64,000 bases of DNA from Lama guanicoe (lineage: Eukaryota), in assembly GCA_013239625.1 (NCBI GenBank), contig MU054338.1, forward strand, positions 6,922,724 through 6,986,723. The letters are read 5' to 3'. Below are positions 12,415 to 28,387 of the stretch, piece after piece. A program made the translations under genes and the position numbers. Positions within the stretch are counted from its first letter, which is position 1. Every line of letters begins with the position of its first letter. The notes below the pieces were generated by a model that saw only the letters and a program-made list of their open reading frames with translations, had not been told where the DNA came from and searched no databases.

Positions 12415-14874
12415 AGGAGGGATACCCAGAGGAGCCACCAGCGTCAGAAGGGGACACAGCCACCCCAAAACCACTGCTTGGCAGGACAGGAACAGGGGAG
12501 TCAAAACCCCAGACTCTCTCCCCTGCCCCACCCACCAGTCTCCCTGGCCACTCTCATTGTCTAGACTTCGTGGGAAGCTGGAGAGCAGGGGATTCTGTGA
12601 GGCGTGGGCTGCAGGGGGGTGGGGGTGGGGCCAGCCTCCCAGAGCATCAAGCAGGAGTTGGGAGGGAGGATCCGGATGGGCAAACAGAACATCCAGCTCA
12701 CCTCCTGGCTTCCCAATTTGAGCTTCAGCTCCTCTCTGAACACTGTCAGGTGCTCTTCCTCTGAGAGTAGAATCTTCTCTAGAGCAGGAATCTTTGCCTT
12801 GCTTGTTGCTGCAATGTCTCGGGTACCTTGAGCAGCGCCTGGCACAGAGCAGGTGCTCAATAAATATTTTGGGATCCCTTTGCCCACGCCATTCCCTTTG
12901 CCTGGAACCCTCAAAACTAGGTTCCGTAGCCAGCCTCTGCCCTTACAGCATCCTGTGCTGCTCCCATCCCGGTCCTGGTCACACTGTTTTATAATCGCCT
13001 CTACTTGTCTTTCAACTATCTTAGCTCACTGAACCCTCAAAACACCAACATTGTCATCACCCTCCTCCCCTTGGCGGAAACCGAGGTGCAGAGACAGGAG
13101 CTTGCCCAAGGTAACGCAGAGCCAGGGTTTAATGCAGACTGTCTGGCCCCTGGGTATACTGGGCTGCCTTTCTGTGTTGCCTGTCAGCATCTATTTGCTT
13201 ATTTTCATGCTGTAATCAATTTTATCACACTCACTGGTATATTACATTGCCGGCGTTAAGCCATTTGAATATATTAACGACAACCTCAATGACATCAGTA
13301 CTATTCTTAGCTCCATATTACAGCTAGAGAAACGGAGGCCCAGGGTGGCTAAGTCACTTGCCCAAGGTCACACAGCAGAGCTGAGATTGGAACTCAGGTG
13401 ACCTGGCCCCGGAGTCGGCACCGCAAATGACCATGCTCTGTTGCCTCACCTTGGCTGAAGGAATTGAATGACTGTCTTCAAAACCCTGGAATGTGTGTCC
13501 AAGGTAAAGCCAAGTGATAAAAGATTTGGACTTCAGATTAACTTGCCTCCCCCAGGCGCACACACGGAGCCTGTGGAAGTCAGTTTCAGGCGGTGCTGAT
13601 GCCTGGCTGTCCCCGTGAGTTATTAGCCAGCGGATCAGGGCCCCTGTCACCTCTCGGCCACACTGTCCTACCTTCAAGGCCTCCCTCCCTCCCTCCCTCC
13701 AGCCCCAACCTGGCAGCCTCGCTGCCAACACCTCCGTTTTGTGCAGGGGCGTCCCTGGCTCCCGGCATGAAATGCCCGAGCCAGCCACGGAAGATCAATT
13801 TCCCCCATGACGACCTTTTCCACGCGCCGACGGATTGATTTCAGGAATCCATCCCCAGTCTGCGTGCCCGGCCCCAGCCGCCCCCACAGCGAGTGCTGAT
13901 GGCTGCAAATTTATGCCCAGGCCAGAAATTGAATTCCTGTAAGTCGAGAGAAGTGTCGGAAAAGCTCACCCAGGCTCATTTTTACTTCTGACAAACTTCA
14001 GGCAAGAGATTAAACCTGGGCCAGTGTCTTCCACCAGCAGGGACATCGGCAGTGGAGAACTGTGCCTTGACGTGGGCATTTTTTTTCTGACATCCCCTGC
14101 CTTCACCTTGGCCTCTCAGGGCTGAGAAAGAAAAACAGACAGATCCACAGGCCTGTGTGGTTAAAGGGAATTCCCATTTCTGACCAGGCTAGTGTTAGGA
14201 GCATGTTCTGTGTACCCAAAGGCAGGCCTCTTGGTCCCTGTGGCAAATATTGAGCTATTCAAAGGGATGGGAAATAAAGCTTCTAATTCATCTCCGTCAC
14301 CAGCCAGACCCCTTCCCGGTCCTGAAGCCGACAGCCTCAGCATCTCTGTGAGGTTCTAGTTAAGCCTCCTTGGGCTGTGACAGAGAGGACATCCAAATGT
14401 GGATAATTCCAGAGACCCTCAGCCCCACTCCGCCCCCTGCCAGAGGCCAGAGCCCGGGGAGGGAGAAAGAGAGAAACCAAGTGATAGCGCTGAGAAGGAA
14501 GAAACCCCGTCTTGCTAGGAAGCTCTTTCTCACTCGCCTTGAAAAATGAGGCATCTGATGCAAATGTGGCTGCTTCTCTTTGGTACCAAAGCCCCTAAAT
14601 ATTAAAGAAATGAATCCTTGATGTCTACAAAGAAAGGATCAAAAACAAGCCTCTCTGAAAGGAGAAGAGCTTTTATTTCGCTGTGAACTTTTCTAGATGT
14701 AGCCTCTGGCAGGGCTGCCTGCAGAACACGAAGGATAAAGAAATAGATGATGGCCATTCATGTACTCGTTCATTCAGGAAGGAGCTGTGAAGTAGCTACT
14801 GCATGCCAGGCATTGGGCAGGGAGCCAGGGAAGTCTCAGGGAGAAATTAGGACCTGGTTCCTGCCCTTAAAAGC

Positions 14875-15258
14875 CAGTGGGGCCATTCTACAAAAATCTC
14901 TTAACTAATAGTTCTCAAAACTGCCAAGGTCATGAGAAGCAAGGAAAGGCTAAGAAATGATGATAGGCCAGAGGAGTGAAGGAGACGGGACAGCTAATTG
15001 CAATGTGGAATCCTGGATGGGATTCTGGACCAGAAAAAGGACATGAGTGGAAAACCTGGGGAAATCCGAATAACGTCTGGAGTTTAGTAGCAGCGATGCA
15101 CCAGTGCTGGTCTCCTAGCTGTGACAAGTGTATCAGGAGTGTGTAAGATGTTAACAACCAGGGAAATCGGGTGAGGGACATCTGGAAGTTCTCTGTCCTA
15201 TCCTCATGACTCTTCTGTAAATCTAAAATCATTCAATATTAAAAAGGTTATTTTAAAA
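14875..15258 (+). mobile_element. Old L1 (L1MC/ME-like) 3' end
   Basis: ttgcaatgtggaatcctggatgggattctggaccagaaaaaggaca...ctgtaaatctaaaat. Confidence 0.7.
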
Positions 15259-15269
15259 ATCAGCAGGAG

Positions 15270-15352
15270 GGGTGGGGGGTATAGGTGAGTGGTAGAGCAT
15301 GTGCTTGGCATGCATGAGGTCCTGGGTTCAACCCCCATTAAGGAAAAAAAAA
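15270..15352 (+). mobile_element. Vic-1-like SINE (short form)
   Basis: tRNA-Ala-like body, poly(A), TSD cagcaggag. Confidence 0.8.
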
Positions 15353-15514
15353 GGCAGCAGGAGACATGGAACAGTTCTAGAACAGTGCAGGTTCCATGTG
15401 TTGACAGAAAAGCTCCCACCGACTGGGCATCCACAATGTGCCAGGCACCGTGACTGACTTTTGGCATGAACAAATTTACAAAGATTTAGTATTTGTAAAG
15501 CAGCTTAGAAAAAC

Positions 15515-15830
15515 ATCTTACTTCATTCAGGTTGCTATAACAAAAATACCCTAAATCGGGAGACTAAAGCAACAAACATTTATTTCTCATGGTTTTGGAG
15601 GCCAAGAGCAAGGCACCTGCAGATTCAGTGCCCAGTGAGAACCAGATTCCTGGCTCATGGATGGTGTCTTTCCTCTGTGTTCTTACATGGCAGAAGTGCT
15701 CAGCGAGTTTCCTTGGGTCTCTTATAAGGGCACTAATCCATCTCCCAAAGGCCCCACCTCCAAATACCATCATATTGGGGATTAGATTTCAGTGTATGAA
15801 TTTGAGGGAGACAGAAACATCCAGTGTAGA
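15515..15830 (-). mobile_element. MaLR LTR (MLT1A-like)
   Basis: gttgctataacaaaaatacc...aacatttatttctcat...ccccacctccaaataccatca. Confidence 0.7.
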
Positions 15831-16699
15831 GCACAGAGTTAAATAAAATATAAAACCTGAGGGCGAGGCATCCCATGACTTTTAACCCCATCTCTCTGCA
15901 GAGGACACTCAAATATGTATCTGTAGCCAAACCCTCTCTGCTCCTCTCCCCAGCTGCCTACTTGATAATTCCACTTGGATGTGGGCATAAGCATCGTGAA
16001 CTGAATGTGCCTCAGGCTGGACTCTTGATTTCCATCCCTCCCAACATTTCCTTCCCCCACCCATTCCTCATGGGCTTCTCCTCCAGCCTTCCCCAGCTCA
16101 GCAAGGGGAGCCCTTATCCATCCACTCCATTACTAAGGCCCCCAAAGTTGGAGTCATGCTCAACTCCCCTCCTTCCCTTCCACTCCATATCTGGTCCTTT
16201 GAATCCTGTGGGCTCTGTCATTAAAACATAGGAATCTACCCATTTGCTGTCCCCATTACATCTACGCTGGTGCAAGCCCTCATCATGGCTCGTTTGGATG
16301 ACTATGGGGGTGGGCAGCACGTTCAAAGGCCCTGGGGTTATAAAGAGCTCAGGAGACGTGGAAGATCTGAAAGGAGACCCGTGAGATTCAGGAGGCTCAA
16401 GTGAGAGTTTATTTCCCTCTTAGAGGGGTCTCCTCTACTGGTGTGTCCTTGAGTGCTGGGGAGGGGGAGGAACTTGCGCTTTCTCAAAAATGACTGGAGC
16501 GGCCCTTGTACTGTAGCCTCCATGCAGGCCTCTGTCCTACTTTTAGGGCCGTCTGCAGGGAGCCATGGTGGTTCCAAAAGTCAGGGCCACACTCAGAGGG
16601 AATGGGCTGTATTTATAAATTCTTGCACAAGGCAAGCCTTGTCCACACCTTCCCTGGACCCTGGGAAGGGTAGTCAGTCAAAAAGAGACCTGTGTGAAA

Positions 16700-16985
16700 T
16701 AGACTCATGGGCTAGAAAACAAACTGGTCACCATGGGGGAAAGGGGTGGGAGGGATAGATCAGGAGTTTGGGAGTAATAGAGGAACATTAGTATATATAA
16801 AATAGATAAATGACAAGGTCCTACTATATTCAATTCAAGGGAACTATATTCAATTTCTTGTAATGAGCTGTAATGGAAAAGAATCTGAAAAAATATATAC
16901 ATGTGTATGCATATGTATAACTGAGTCTCTTTGCTGGACATCTGAAACTAACATTGTAATTCAACTACACGTCCATAAAAAATGA
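16700..16985 (+). mobile_element. Cetartiodactyl-type L1 3' end
   Basis: aaaacaaactggtcacc...agggaactatattcaat...ctgaaactaacattgtaa. Confidence 0.75.
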
Positions 16986-16995
16986 GAATTAAGCA

Positions 16996-17140
16996 GGGGA
17001 TGGTATAGCTTGGTGGTAGAGTGTGTGCTTAGCATGCACGAGGTCCTGGGTTCAATCCCCTGTACCTCCACTAAAAACTAAATAAAAGTAGATAAACCTA
17101 ACTACTCTCCCAACAACAACAACAACAAACAACAACAAAA
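16996..17140 (+). mobile_element. Vic-1-like SINE with (CAA)n tail, inserted at an L1 tail
   Basis: tRNA-Ala-like body; TSD agaattaa(g/a)ca. Confidence 0.85.
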
Positions 17141-17339
17141 AGAATTAAACACACACACACACGAGACCTGTATCTCTTCCCACCTTTCCCAAGAAAGTCT
17201 GTTTCATCCATTATTGGTCCACATTGGCACTGTGACACCAGAGCCCAAGACATCCTGGAACGGATGTTGGACTGGGGCTTGCGGGGCGCTTGGGGGGTCT
17301 TCTGCCAGGGCCTGGGTAGATTTCGAGGGTGAGAGGTTG

Positions 17340-17378
17340 TGCAGGCAAATGCTCTGCCGCTGAGCTGTACCCTCTTCT
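17340..17378 (-). pseudogene. Tailless 5'-half tRNA (tRNA-Cys-GCA-like) or SINE-head retrocopy with 17-bp target-site duplication
   Basis: Minus strand GAGGGTACAGCTCAGCGGCAGAGCATTTGCCTGCA flanked by gagggtgagaggttgtg at 17325-17341 and 17379-17395. Confidence 0.75.
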
Positions 17379-19537
17379 GAGGGTGAGAGGTTGTGTATGC
17401 CAGCCTGAATAGCCTCTCGGGGCAAGATGTGTTGGAAGGGAATGAATGAATGAATGAATGGACTCACAGTCACCCCTGCCCCCCATCTCATTGCAGCCCC
17501 TCCCCTGGCCACAGGTTCTCACGAGCCAATCCCCAGCTGCTCAGGCTATGGGAGGCCCCGGTTCTCCATCTCAGCGTGGGTGAGCTGATATCTTCTTTAA
17601 GGCCCGTCAAGTTTATCACTCAGAAGAGATTTGCCCAATTCTTCGAGGTTGGACAGGGCCAGCCTGCTATTATCTCAAGCCCTCCGAAGGGACTCGGTTC
17701 CCGTCACGGCTGAGATGTGGCAGACAAGCATGTCCCTGATCATTCATCATGGCCCTTCTGCCATCCCCGCAGTCAGAGGGAAGCCATGGCCGCCTCTGGG
17801 CCTGCCTCAGACGATCGGCAGCTTGATCTCAGATGATCCCTCCCTGGGAGAGATGGAAACCAGTTTGGTGGGAGAAAGATAATGCTTGGTGGGTCTGGGA
17901 GGGTGTTAGCTCTCTGTCCCACCAGTCGATCAACGTCTAGTCATTCAACAAATGTTCATCATTCCAGGTCCCTGGGGGATTCAGCAATGAGCAAAACAGA
18001 TAGAACTCCCCCTCCCTATGTTGCTTCCCATCCAGGGGCGGAGGCGGGCTTTGGGCCAGTGGTCACAGCCATGAGGTCCTAATGGCCATCGCGATCAGGT
18101 CTTGAGGGAGGACAGGGGAGGAGCAGCGCGGTGATGTAGATTGTGGAGCCAAATGGCTGGTGTTTAAATCCCAGCTCCACTACTTACAGGCTGTGACGCT
18201 CTGAGCCCTCTCTCCCCCAGCTTTCTTCACCTATCGAAGGTGGATAATGATCGCGTCTGCCTCCTAGCTTTGTGGTGAGAACTCAGTCAGTTAAAGTATG
18301 CAGAGTGCTTAGAACAATGCTTGACAAATAGTAAGAAATAGAAATATTAGGGAAAAAAGGCAAAGGATGCCTTGAGAGGTGGGTGACATGGGGCAGGGAC
18401 AGTGGAAGCTGCTTTTGGAAGGGACTTGCATGCTTGAACCTTAGAAATGACGAAGTTAGTCTGGCCATGAGATGGGGTTTTCATGGCATAGGGTCCAGCT
18501 GGTGCAAAGGTCTGAAGGTGGGAAAAAGCATGGTGTGGTCCAGGAAAAGCAGGATGACTAGAGGATGGACCACAGCAGACATGGCAGCGTGTGCCTGATT
18601 GATTGCCTGTTACACTGAAATAGGACTCCCCTCTACCCAGTCATGTCAAGGAGATGCTCTAGGACAGGAAGCTGGCAGAGCCACGTGGCGGGTGGGACGG
18701 AGCAGCGTCTTTGTCCATCTTCTGCAGGACTCGACTCTCTGTCACTCTCTCTGCCATCCGGCTGTCTGTGACTCCTCATCTTCCTGCAGCCTCAGCCTCG
18801 GATGCAGCAGACTTTGACCGATTCTTCTAGACCATCTCAGCTCAGTGCCCACACCCAACTCAAACCATGTTGACTTCAGGATGTTGCCAAATCGGCTTTA
18901 GGGTGTCATGAAGAAAATAATAATAATAACAAAGACTTCTGTAGCACTAACTACATGCTGGTGACATGCTCACACATATGTGTTACGGGCTCATTCAAGC
19001 AACCCTGCAGAATAGGTGCAGTTCTTATGTCCATATTATAGATGAGGAAACAGGCACAGGGGGGTTAAACGGCTCACACCGCAAGTGAGTGATGGAGCCA
19101 GGACATAAACCCAGGCAGCCTGACCCTGGGACTCTGCTCTGAAACATCTGGCTCTAACCTACCACCCAAGTAGGAAGAAGAAACATCCGAGTCATTTCGA
19201 GTGTAAGGATGTTATCTGGAAAGATGCTGGTGACATCACACAGGCTCCTTTTTGGGAGGACCGTGGGAGAGATCCTTGCCTGTTCTTGGTACTAAAAATA
19301 GTTAAGTTTTCTCCTGAGCATCTGGCATGCTTTTGTTTCAGGACACTGGGAGCCGCATAAATGACCAGCTTTCCCTTTTTGAGTTGGCTGCTAAGGAGCT
19401 TGGAGCCAAATTTATGGCTCAACCATATGCTGGTTGTTCAGGTTTTTAAGGGATGGGTTTTTCTTAGCCTCGCTTCTGGTTGTACATCCCCACATTTCTC
19501 TTTGCTCCTTTTCTCCCTTTCAAAAAAAAAAAACTTT

Positions 19538-19700
19538 AGGGAGGGAGAGTATAGCTAAGTGGTAGAGCTCATGCTTAGCATGCATGAGATCCTAGGTTCA
19601 GTCTCCAGTACCATCAGTGAAAAATAACTAAATCAATAAATGTAATTACCTCCCCCCAAAACATTTTAAAAGCCAAAAACAAAAAAGCCCATTAAAAAAT
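19538..19700 (+). mobile_element. Vic-1-like SINE
   Basis: gagagtatagctaagtggtagagctcatgcttagcatgcatgagatcctaggttcagtc plus A-rich tail. Confidence 0.8.
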
Positions 19701-19979
19701 CTTTTGAGAGGGAAAAAAATCTTCACAAGAACAATAAATGTTTATTGTGGAAAACTTAGGAGGTAAATTTGAAGATGGTGATAAAAATCCATGCTAGTCC
19801 TCAATTTTAGTGGCTGCATAGTATTCCCCTCTGTAGATGCACTTTAAGTGTTTAAATCGAGCCCTCTATTGGCAGACGACTAGAGGGGAAAAAATTCCAG
19901 TTGTTCAATTTTCAACAGCACTTTAATGAGCTTTCTTGTAGCAACTGAGTGCTTGTCCACACGATTTCCCTGGGCTAAA

Positions 19980-20087
19980 TTTTTTTAAAATTTTATTTAT
20001 TTATTTTCTTAATGGTGGTACTGGGGATTGAACTCAGGACATTGTGCATGCTAAGCGTGCACTATACCACTGAGCTATCCCCTCCCC
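19980..20087 (-). mobile_element. Vic-1-like SINE
   Basis: Reverse-complement tRNA-Ala-like body with T-rich tail; degraded TSD. Confidence 0.8.
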
Positions 20088-23000
20088 ACTGGACTTAAAT
20101 TCTTAGACTCAGATTGGCTGGCTTAAATGGAAATGCAGAAGCCTTAAACCTTTGGCTCTGGATTGGCAGAATGCCCTCCAGAAACATCTAATTCCTGCTC
20201 TTCTATTTAATTGGAGCTATCGTGTGGTATTTTACATATCCTTGTAAACCACTTGGAGTCTTCTCTGGAACAAGGCAGGGAACAAATAAATATATGAGCC
20301 CCAAGCCACTTCTGCTTCCTGATTAAATTATCCAGTCTCAAACGCAATAATATCCTTGACTTATTAAGAAGCAGCCGCTTGCTCTGTTCCTGTTGGCTAA
20401 TCCCCGATAGCCAGTGCTTAACTGTTGGCTGCCCCTGGGATCCTGTAGCAATCCCTCTGCCCCCAGAAGAACCAGGAATTGTTTTTTGAACCAAGACGTA
20501 GGTGGCGGAGCTGCAGGCTGAGCCCGTGATCCCAGATGCAGCAGAAAGAAAAACTTTTCCTGGGTGTCTCATACTCAGTCAATCCTGGACCTGTTACACA
20601 GACTGCTGCTTAATTGGGGCAGCAGCCTGGGTGAAAGGATTTGAAAACTCCCAGCCAGAAAAGACAATTTGAGGAAAAGCTCCTTGAGTGCAGAGCTTAC
20701 CCACTGAGAGCCCATTAGCAGGAATATTAAACTTGGACCCAGCAGCTTGGCCAAGAGAGTGGCTGGCTTCCCCAGGGTACTGGACACATCCGAGGTGAGA
20801 CAGGCCACCAGACCAGAGGTGTCTGTACCTGGTGAGCTGCTGGGCTCTCACACCGGCTGTTACAAAGCTTTTCCTTAGTTAGGGGCGTTCTCTGTCCCTA
20901 GTTCTGTGACCTCCAAGAATTCATGACTTGGGTTCCAAGCTAAATACAGTCTGGGAGAGCTGGCATTTGGAATCTCAAACAGTGAGCCTTCCAGGACATT
21001 CCAACGGTTCCCGGGGACATGAACTTGACTGTGCATTTGAACTTGAACCCGATGGGCAAAACTCAGGCTCTCTCTGCCGCACTGAGATTTAGCAACTAAA
21101 CCCCAGGCATTTAATTACACTACTGCAGAGAACACTCTGGCGAGGTGCATTCGACGCAGACAATTATTTTAGGAAAACCGTGGAGACCTTCTCTCCGCAC
21201 CACTTAAATCTTGCTTCTCTTTTACAATTCAGTATTTCATATGTTGAGAGAAAATGGCTTGTTTGCTTCAGAGGGCACGCTACGAAATGTAGGAAGGCGA
21301 CGTTAATTATGCTGAACTGCACAAATGAGAATCTCCCGGGGGGTTCTGTCCAAATTGCTTGGGGATCAGAGCCAGGGGAGCACAGATGGAGCCACCCAGA
21401 CTCCTGTTCATGGTTTTGTTTTTTGTTTTTTGTTTTTTAAGAAATGTATGTGTCATAAAAAAAAAAAAAGATGACTTGAGTTCTGCACTCACCCAGAACC
21501 AAGAGGGGAGGCATTCCCGGGTCGCCCTTCTTGTCTTGGGCCATTGTTCTTGTCTTAGGTCTGGCCTCGTCAGAAGTGGAGCTGGAGGAGGGGAGGTGAG
21601 TGCAGGTGTTCAGCTGAGAGGTGGCCCCAGGAGGGACCAGTGGGAAAGGGAGACGGGAAGGGAAGGAAGCCCGTGGGGGATTTGGTGCCTGCTGAGGGGC
21701 AGAGTGTCGTTGTGGGCACCTAAGCACAGGCCCCAGTGGGCTCCCCTGGGAACCTGCGCACCTTGGAGTTCTCCCACCAGAGGCGGGAGTTGATCACTAA
21801 CTCCTCCTATGGGGACTGCCGGGGGCGGGGGGCGCTTCTGCCTGCCTGGTGCAAAGGCAGAGCGGGCTCCAGCAGAGAAAGCCCTGGGCTGTGGGGGATC
21901 CCGGGCGTTCTGCAGAAAGGCTGGAGAGGCGTGAGTGCTGGCTCCCCTGGGATGGCTCTTCCGCGCAAGGGAGGCTGGGAAGGTGAGTGACTGCATTCCT
22001 CCACGGGGGCGACGGGGACTTGTAAAGAGGGGGTTCCCTCAACCCCAGAAGTGTGTACAGAAGGTGCCGAGAATGACTAACGACAATAGCTTCAGGTGGC
22101 GTTCATGAGTTGTCTATTTTCCTTACAAATTAGTGGAGGAGTCAGCTCATCTGTACGAGGCTATCGCTTGCTCACATTCCAATGAGCTTTAAAAAATAAA
22201 AATAAAAAAGGCTTTATTGAGTGGGAGTGAAAAAGGTGGGCTAGTAGCTGGAGTCTCTGGGATTGCTTGTAACTCACACCTGGCGTATCTCTGCTCCAGC
22301 TCCTGGGAACAGCCTCTGCTTGGTGATAAGCAACAGCTGTGCAAAGGACCAGTTCTTGTGGGGGCTTTGTTTCTCTGTAAAAACACTTGTGGTTTTATCA
22401 GAATTTCTTCCCCATCTTTAGGAATGAATTTTTGAATAGTACAGAATCTTTCATGTCCCACCTCTTCAGTCACCACCCATCATCGCTTGCCTGGACTAGT
22501 GGGGCTCCCACCCTCACCACACACACCCCAGTCTGTTCACCCCACAGCAGCCAGAGGGTGCCTGTGAACACCTTAGTCATGTCCTGTCCATCCTCTGTTC
22601 AGAACCATCTGTGGCTCCCACCTCACTCAGAGCAAAAATTCAGTGTCCTCCCCATGGCACATAAGCCCTGCTCTCCTATCCCTCCTTGTCCTCATCACCC
22701 TCCCCCCAACTTTTTCCCTTGTTCACCCTGTTCTAGCCACACTAGCCTCCTCCATGTTTTCCAAACACACCAGGTATGGTCCTGCTTCAGGGCCTTTGCA
22801 CTTGCTGTTTTCGCTGCCTGGAACATCTTTCCCCAGATATCTTCATGGCTCCTTCCTCACCTGCTTCAGAGTTGTGCTTACTGGACCTCAAGGTACTTGC
22901 AGAGCCCATATGTGACTGTGGGCCAGGGAAGCAGACAGGGAGGTCCAGGTCTGCGAGTCAGTATGAGTCCAATTCTACGTTTTCACAGTGATCATGGAGG

Positions 23001-23093
23001 CAGTGTTGTGTGTGTGTACAGATGTGTGTGAGAGAATGAATTCCTGTCTCATGGAAGGGCTCAACTCCCACAATTCCTTGCTGTGTTCCTTAG

Positions 23094-27921
<4,828 letters not shown>

Positions 27922-28381
27922 GGGCTGCCGTGGCCCAGGCTGCCTGCCACACGAGGGCCGCCGGGGGCCCTTTCTACTCTGCCTGTGTCCCTTCGAGTTT
28001 CTCTTTCCGTCTGTGGTGCCCTCTCTCTCCCTCCTCGCTCCTCCTGTACTATTTTTTTCTCTCCTCCTTTGTGCCGAGCTTTCGTTCTCTGCCTCTGTAT
28101 TTCTATCAGTGCATTTTCTCAACTCCTTTACTGAGCTCTGATTTTGATACTTCACTCTGTCCTTCTGCCTTTTTATTGTCCCTTTGCCTCCTTCTTTTTA
28201 TTGATCTGACTCTCCAGCTCTCTGTCCCTCTCTCTGCCTGTCTCTCTTTCCTCCCTCCCCTCTTTGCATCCCACCCAGTCCCTCTCCTCCTTGCTCCACG
28301 TCCCTTCCTGCCCACCCAAGGAGTTGAGTGCATGAATCTTACTTTCTTTTTTATTTCCACTTTTTCTCTCCGGGGGGCTGG

Positions 28382-28387
28382 AATAAA
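28382..28387 (+). terminator. OLFM2 polyadenylation signal AATAAA
   Basis: First AATAAA after the stop, followed by a GT/T-rich downstream element (tgatgtttcagttgctctgtgtgtct). Confidence 0.75.

Noticed and set aside
22387..23031. 214-aa ORF upstream of OLFM2 exon 2
   Set aside because: Lies mostly in L2-derived sequence; no homology recognised.
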